Assembly: GCA_016839445.1 (NCBI GenBank)
Contig: JAEOUG010000092.1
Span: 1 to 28,337 of the forward strand
DNA length: 28,337 bases
Source of the DNA: Candidatus Thorarchaeota archaeon
Lineage (GTDB): Archaea; Asgardarchaeota; Thorarchaeia; Thorarchaeales; Thorarchaeaceae
Direction of reading: 5' to 3'
Shown here: one piece after another, positions 24,752-28,337 of the stretch
Position numbering within the stretch: the first letter of the stretch is position 1
Layout: each line of letters begins with the position of its first letter
The notes under the pieces: generated by a model
Seen by the model: the letters and a program-made list of their open reading frames with translations, nothing else
Told to the model about the DNA's origin: nothing
The model's database searches: none
Translations under genes and position numbers: made by a program

Positions 24752-26206
24752 TTGGCAGGACAAGTTGTAAAGAACTACATCAATGGTCGATGGGTAGAAT
24801 CGAAATCAAAGGAAACACAGGACATCATCAATCCAGCCACCGGGGAACTCTTGGCTAAGACACCCATGAGCACGGCTGAAGAAACCAAGGCCGCCATTGA
24901 GGCTGCCAAGCAGGCCTTTGACCGTTGGCGAAGGACTCCTGTGTTCACACGAGTCAGATACCTGAACCGAATCCGTGATGCCTTCGAGAATCACTTCGAA
25001 GAGCTCTCTGAGATTCTGACAAAAGAGCAGGGCAAGGCCATCGATGAGGCCCGGGGCGAATATCGCAGAACCATAGAGAACATCGAATGCGCAATGAGCG
25101 CTCCTTCACTTCAGATGGGCTACAACACTGAGGATATTGCGGCTGGAATTGACGAGATGGTAATCAAGCAGCCGCTGGGTGTCTTCTTCTGTGTTGCACC
25201 ATTCAACTTCCCGGGTATGGTGCCTACATGGTTCTGGCCGTTTGCTGTGGCCACCGGAAATACCTACATTGTCAAGCCGTCGCCTCAGGTGCCAATGAGT
25301 CAGGTCCGGCAGTTCGAGCTGATTCACGAGATTGGCCTGCCAAAGGGAGTCCTAAACATGGTCAACGGCGGGCCGGAAGTGGTCAATACGCTGATTGAGA
25401 GTCCTGACACTATAGGGATGTCATTCGTCGGTTCCACTCGCGTCGGTAAGCTGCTCTACAAGAAGACCGCAGAACACGGGAAGCGAGCGCAGGTCCAGGC
25501 CGGAGCCAAGAACTTCCTGACAATCATGCCAGATGCAGATCTAGAGAGAACTGTGGCAGCCCTACTAACGTCGTTCTACGGGTGTGCGGGACAGAGGTGT
25601 CTGGCTGGAGGTGTAGTGCTTGCAGTTGGCGACATACACGAGCCGCTTCGAGATGCTTTGGTTGAAGGCTCAAAGGCGCTGAAGGTCGGGTACGGGTTGG
25701 AGGAAGGTGTACAGATGGGGCCTCTTGCATCTAAGCAAGGAATGGAGAATGTCCTGAAGTACATAGAGAGCGGTGTCAAGGAGGGAGCCGAGCTGCTCCT
25801 TGACGGGCGAGGTATCAAAGTGCCCGGGTATGAGAAGGGCTGCTTCGTCGGTCCCACAGTCTTCGACAAGGTGACGCCAGAGATGAAGATTGCATCTGAG
25901 GAGATCTTCGGGCCAGTGATCTCCATTATTCATGTGAAGAATCTTGACGAGGCCATTGACATCATTCACGCCAATCCATACGGGAACGCATCTTCAGTGT
26001 TCACATCAAGCGGCGCTACTGCTAGAGAATACCAGTATAGGGTGAAGGCAGGGAACATTGGAGTCAATATCGGTGTCGTCGCCCCTATTGCCACATTCCC
26101 GTTCTCTGGCATGAAGGACTCATTCTTTGGAGACCTGCACGGCCAGGGCAAAGACGCCGTGGACTTCTTCACAGAGAACAAGGTAGTCGTCACCAGATGG
26201 TTCTAG
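24752..26206 (+). CDS. mmsA: CoA-acylating (methyl)malonate-semialdehyde dehydrogenase
   Basis: PFNFP.M, FVGST, AGAKN, AGQRCLA, EEIFGP and FFGDLH motifs. Probable TTG start at 24752. Confidence 0.94.
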   Translation: MAGQVVKNYINGRWVESKSKETQDIINPATGELLAKTPMSTAEETKAAIEAAKQAFDRWRRTPVFTRVRYLNRIRDAFENHFEELSEILTKEQGKAIDEARGEYRRTIENIECAMSAPSLQMGYNTEDIAAGIDEMVIKQPLGVFFCVAPFNFPGMVPTWFWPFAVATGNTYIVKPSPQVPMSQVRQFELIHEIGLPKGVLNMVNGGPEVVNTLIESPDTIGMSFVGSTRVGKLLYKKTAEHGKRAQVQAGAKNFLTIMPDADLERTVAALLTSFYGCAGQRCLAGGVVLAVGDIHEPLRDALVEGSKALKVGYGLEEGVQMGPLASKQGMENVLKYIESGVKEGAELLLDGRGIKVPGYEKGCFVGPTVFDKVTPEMKIASEEIFGPVISIIHVKNLDEAIDIIHANPYGNASSVFTSSGATAREYQYRVKAGNIGVNIGVVAPIATFPFSGMKDSFFGDLHGQGKDAVDFFTENKVVVTRWF

Positions 26207-26209
26207 CTC

Positions 26210-26653
26210 TTGGAGGCTTTGGATGTGGACTTAGGTACATTCGGCGCGGTGCTGAAGCATGCCTTGGGACTTGAAGATCAGGCAGGTGTGTTCTACGGAG
26301 AGGCAGCCAAAGCAGTCATCGGTTCTGATGCTTCGGAGGTCTACAAGTCCCTTCATGAGCGAGCATTGAAGCGGGTCGCAGTTCTTGAGAGAATCCGCCG
26401 TGAGAACACCACCGAGATGATTCTGGAGCCGATATCTGGTTTGGATAGTGACGACCACATGCCAGTTACGTCTCCGGTGCCTTCCAGCCATGCAGATCTG
26501 GCGGAGATGGCGAAAGGGTTGGAGAGGGAGCTAAGCAGGTTCTACGCGAACGCAGCTGAGAAGGTCGAGTTCCTAATCGAGGCCGCTGATGCTTTCGAGA
26601 GGCTCGGCGACGAGAATCTGGACAACTTGGATAGGCTCAACGCAACAGACTGA
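26210..26653 (+). CDS. Ferritin/rubrerythrin-like four-helix-bundle protein with degenerate metal ligands
   Basis: Duplicated A..LE.....FY motif (ALGLEDQAGVFY and AKGLERELSRFY); ExxH motifs absent. Confidence 0.7.
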   Translation: MEALDVDLGTFGAVLKHALGLEDQAGVFYGEAAKAVIGSDASEVYKSLHERALKRVAVLERIRRENTTEMILEPISGLDSDDHMPVTSPVPSSHADLAEMAKGLERELSRFYANAAEKVEFLIEAADAFERLGDENLDNLDRLNATD

Positions 26654-26722
26654 TTCTCTCCCCCCGAAAAGGTAAAAAGCGACTCGACAACGGCTACCAC
26701 GGCCAAACCCTCAGTAGGCCTT

Positions 26723-26810
26723 GCGGAGGTTGCCAAGCCAGGTCAAAGGCGCCAGGTTGAGGGCCTGGTTCAGTAGTGATTCGCGAGTTCGAATCTCGCC
26801 CTCCGCACCA
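26723..26810 (+). tRNA. tRNA-Leu(GAG), CCA encoded
   Basis: GCGGAGG/CCTCCGC-A-CCA acceptor, CCAGG TTGAGGG CCTGG anticodon arm, long variable arm. Confidence 0.97.
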
Positions 26811-26833
26811 TCTTCTTCTTGGGGGCCACGGTT

Positions 26834-27169
26834 TCACTCGGTCTCGTATCTAGATGGCTCAGCAAAGAAATCCATTGCTCTGAAGAAGGTCTTGAACTCA
26901 GCAGAGTGCACGACTCCTTCAGGTACGTAGTATGAGTCACCTCTCTTGTAGTGCCTAGTTTCATCGCCGATTGTGAGCAGCATCTCACCTTCAATGACAA
27001 AACCGTACTGTGCACCGTGACTGTGTGGAGGTACAGTCCCAATTGGTTCAATCTCGAAGAAGCCAACCTGGAACTCGACTCCTTGGGCAATCCATGCTTG
27101 GACACCTTCTAGAGCGATCTTTGCCCTTGGCAGTTCTCTTATGCAGCTTGGATAAGGTTCGACAGACAT
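26834..27169 (-). CDS. Cupin domain protein
   Basis: PPHSH..Q.G.VIEG and GDSYYVP.GVVH motifs. Confidence 0.9.
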   Translation of the reverse strand: MSVEPYPSCIRELPRAKIALEGVQAWIAQGVEFQVGFFEIEPIGTVPPHSHGAQYGFVIEGEMLLTIGDETRHYKRGDSYYVPEGVVHSAEFKTFFRAMDFFAEPSRYETE

Positions 27170-27249
27170 GATTCCAACCTCCCGCTCCGACCGATATTAG
27201 TCTCGCTCCTCACGCCACTTCTCCATGCATGTGGGGGAGCGAGTCGGGT

Positions 27250-27726
27250 CTACTCATTGGCCCTGATTCGGAGGATAAGGAACACCTGATGGAAGTCTGA
27301 GCTCATGTAGTGAGGGACTCTGGCAACCTCATCGAATCCGAGGTACTTGTAGAACTCCTGTGCGTACAACATGAAGTCGCCTGTGTCGACCCAGATTGTC
27401 TCAACATTGGAAAGCGACTTCCCGAATCTCACCAATTCCTCGACTAACGCGCTTCCTATGCCTTGGCGGAGGTGCGCGTGGTGCGCAATGATTGTTGAGA
27501 TGACGAGCGCACTCCAATCAATCCGCACTGCAGTGAAGCCGACCACCGCTCTGGAATCAGCGTCCTCTGCTACAAAGACACGGCCATACTCGGGATTCTC
27601 TGAATAGACGCCCAGCTTCACACGTTCATGCTCTAGGAACGCATCCCCGAAGTTCTCTGCGTTCAGAATCAGTTCCCTAACAGAATCCCAATCGCTAGGG
27701 CGATACTCACGCACTGCGGCTTTCAT
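27250..27726 (-). CDS. GNAT-family N-acetyltransferase
   Basis: RQGIGSAL acetyl-CoA-binding motif and FY..LGF. Confidence 0.9.
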   Translation of the reverse strand: MKAAVREYRPSDWDSVRELILNAENFGDAFLEHERVKLGVYSENPEYGRVFVAEDADSRAVVGFTAVRIDWSALVISTIIAHHAHLRQGIGSALVEELVRFGKSLSNVETIWVDTGDFMLYAQEFYKYLGFDEVARVPHYMSSDFHQVFLILRIRANE

Positions 27727-27789
27727 GTTTCACTTGAGCCCTGAATCATGACTTAAGGCGTTCGAGTGACGAGTTTGCAGCATCGTGCT

Positions 27790-28053
27790 TCACTTGAAAC
27801 GGCGACTCCCACTGAAGACACGATTTCCCTGTGGGTCGTATTCCGCCCACAGGATGATGTCCCGGTAATCCTTCAGGCACGTGCCTATGTACTGGTCTAG
27901 GGATGCAACATCGCCTGAGGCAAGGCGGAGCACGCAGCGGATGATGCGGGGCGATGCTGGCTCCCTGTACACCTCTTGGAACTTCTCAGCCAGCACTTCA
28001 ATCCGTGATAGAGCGAGATCAGCCAGGTCTCCAAAGTCCTGAGCAATCTTCAT
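27790..28053 (-). CDS. Small helical hypothetical protein (87 aa)
   Basis: MKIAQDFG start; protein-like RIIRCVL.LASGD...DYRDIILWAEY segment resembling bacterial conserved hypotheticals from memory only. The longer 28164 start is unlikely. Confidence 0.7.
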   Translation of the reverse strand: MKIAQDFGDLADLALSRIEVLAEKFQEVYREPASPRIIRCVLRLASGDVASLDQYIGTCLKDYRDIILWAEYDPQGNRVFSGSRRFK

Positions 28054-28121
28054 TCGAATGTCCCGAAGCAACAGACCAGCCCAGTGCTCTCTTCCAGCAC
28101 CTAGAGAAAAGCCGATTGGTC

Positions 28122-28265
28122 GCAGAAGAGGAGTGGCGTGGCAATCTGGATGGACCCACCCCACAGCAGGAGAGAGGCGGCTCCGGCTGCTTCAGGGGTG
28201 GGTCCGGGGAAGGGGGGTCGTATGTCTTGAGGGGGCAAGCATGAGGCGACTGTCGCGCCCTCTGC
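28122..28265 (+). ncRNA. Candidate structured RNA or palindromic element (three-way junction)
   Basis: Closing stem 28135-28143/28251-28259, perfect 11-bp stem 28152-28162/28195-28205, second hairpin 28217-28250. G-U pairs favour the + strand. Confidence 0.45.
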
Positions 28266-28337
28266 ATGTGGTTCTGAGAGTCAGTCCTATGGGAATGATA
28301 TAAGCTCCTTAGGACGCGAGATGCTACTCTAGGGGGC

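Noticed and set aside
19332-26722. Pyrimidine cluster as a tRNA-integrated island between tRNA-Thr and tRNA-Leu
   Set aside because: No integrase, no duplicated tRNA 3' end seen, and stop-codon and RBS style match the core genes. Older transfer is not excluded.
141-26736. Many antisense or alternate-frame ORFs, for example 8877-9494, 10810-11361, 20273-20842 and 22288-22995
   Set aside because: Shadow ORFs opposite or inside well-supported genes, with no protein motifs.
26834-28053. Integron-like cassette array (cupin, GNAT and hypothetical gene on one strand)
   Set aside because: Spacers lack paired RYYYAAC/GTTRRRY attC ends, the GNAT appears to have its own TATA box, and no integrase is present.
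28122-28265. 5S rRNA, SRP RNA, RNase P RNA or SECIS identity for the terminal element
   Set aside because: No CCGAAC loop, no helix-8 CAGG/GNRA/AGCA motif, no GAGGAAAGUCC, no clear SECIS core, and no neighbouring gene in the window with an in-frame TGA.
27954-28303. Three short ORFs over the terminal element (96, 82 and 81 aa)
   Set aside because: Low-complexity G/P/R-rich translations explained by the GC palindromes; no recognisable motifs.
1-28337. CRISPR array, transposase or defence system
   Set aside because: No regularly spaced repeats and no recognisable cas, transposase or integrase motifs seen.

Overview
Archaeal chromosomal window. The gene content and style suggest an Asgard archaeon, possibly Thorarchaeia, but that is inference. 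From 1 to about 13.5 kb it is core genome: the end of a beta-helix surface protein, tRNA-Gly, nep1, the rnp4-yhbY-rps19e-PDCD5-rpl39e-rpl31e-eIF6-rplX-pfdA-ftsY cluster, argF, a PfkB kinase, and ftsZ-secE-spt5-rpl11-rpl1-rplP0-rpl12. From 13.5 to 19.3 kb it holds a deacetylase, an OsmC protein, an HTH regulator plus membrane protein, a tRNA-Arg(TCT) with two introns, a COG1031-type radical SAM protein, thiL and tRNA-Thr. From 19.6 to 26.7 kb is a five-enzyme reductive pyrimidine catabolism cluster (uracil to acetyl-CoA) with no preT gene, followed by a degenerate ferritin-like gene. The window ends with tRNA-Leu, a cupin, a GNAT, a small hypothetical gene and an unexplained structured GC-rich element. 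Main oddities: Spt5 with an inserted CCHC zinc finger and an acidic tail; a tRNA with a D-loop intron; a PreT-less pyrimidine pathway whose enzyme families parallel the eukaryotic one; an unannotated 27-aa peptide sharing a promoter motif with osmC; candidate RNA leaders; and no TAA stop among 37 genes.
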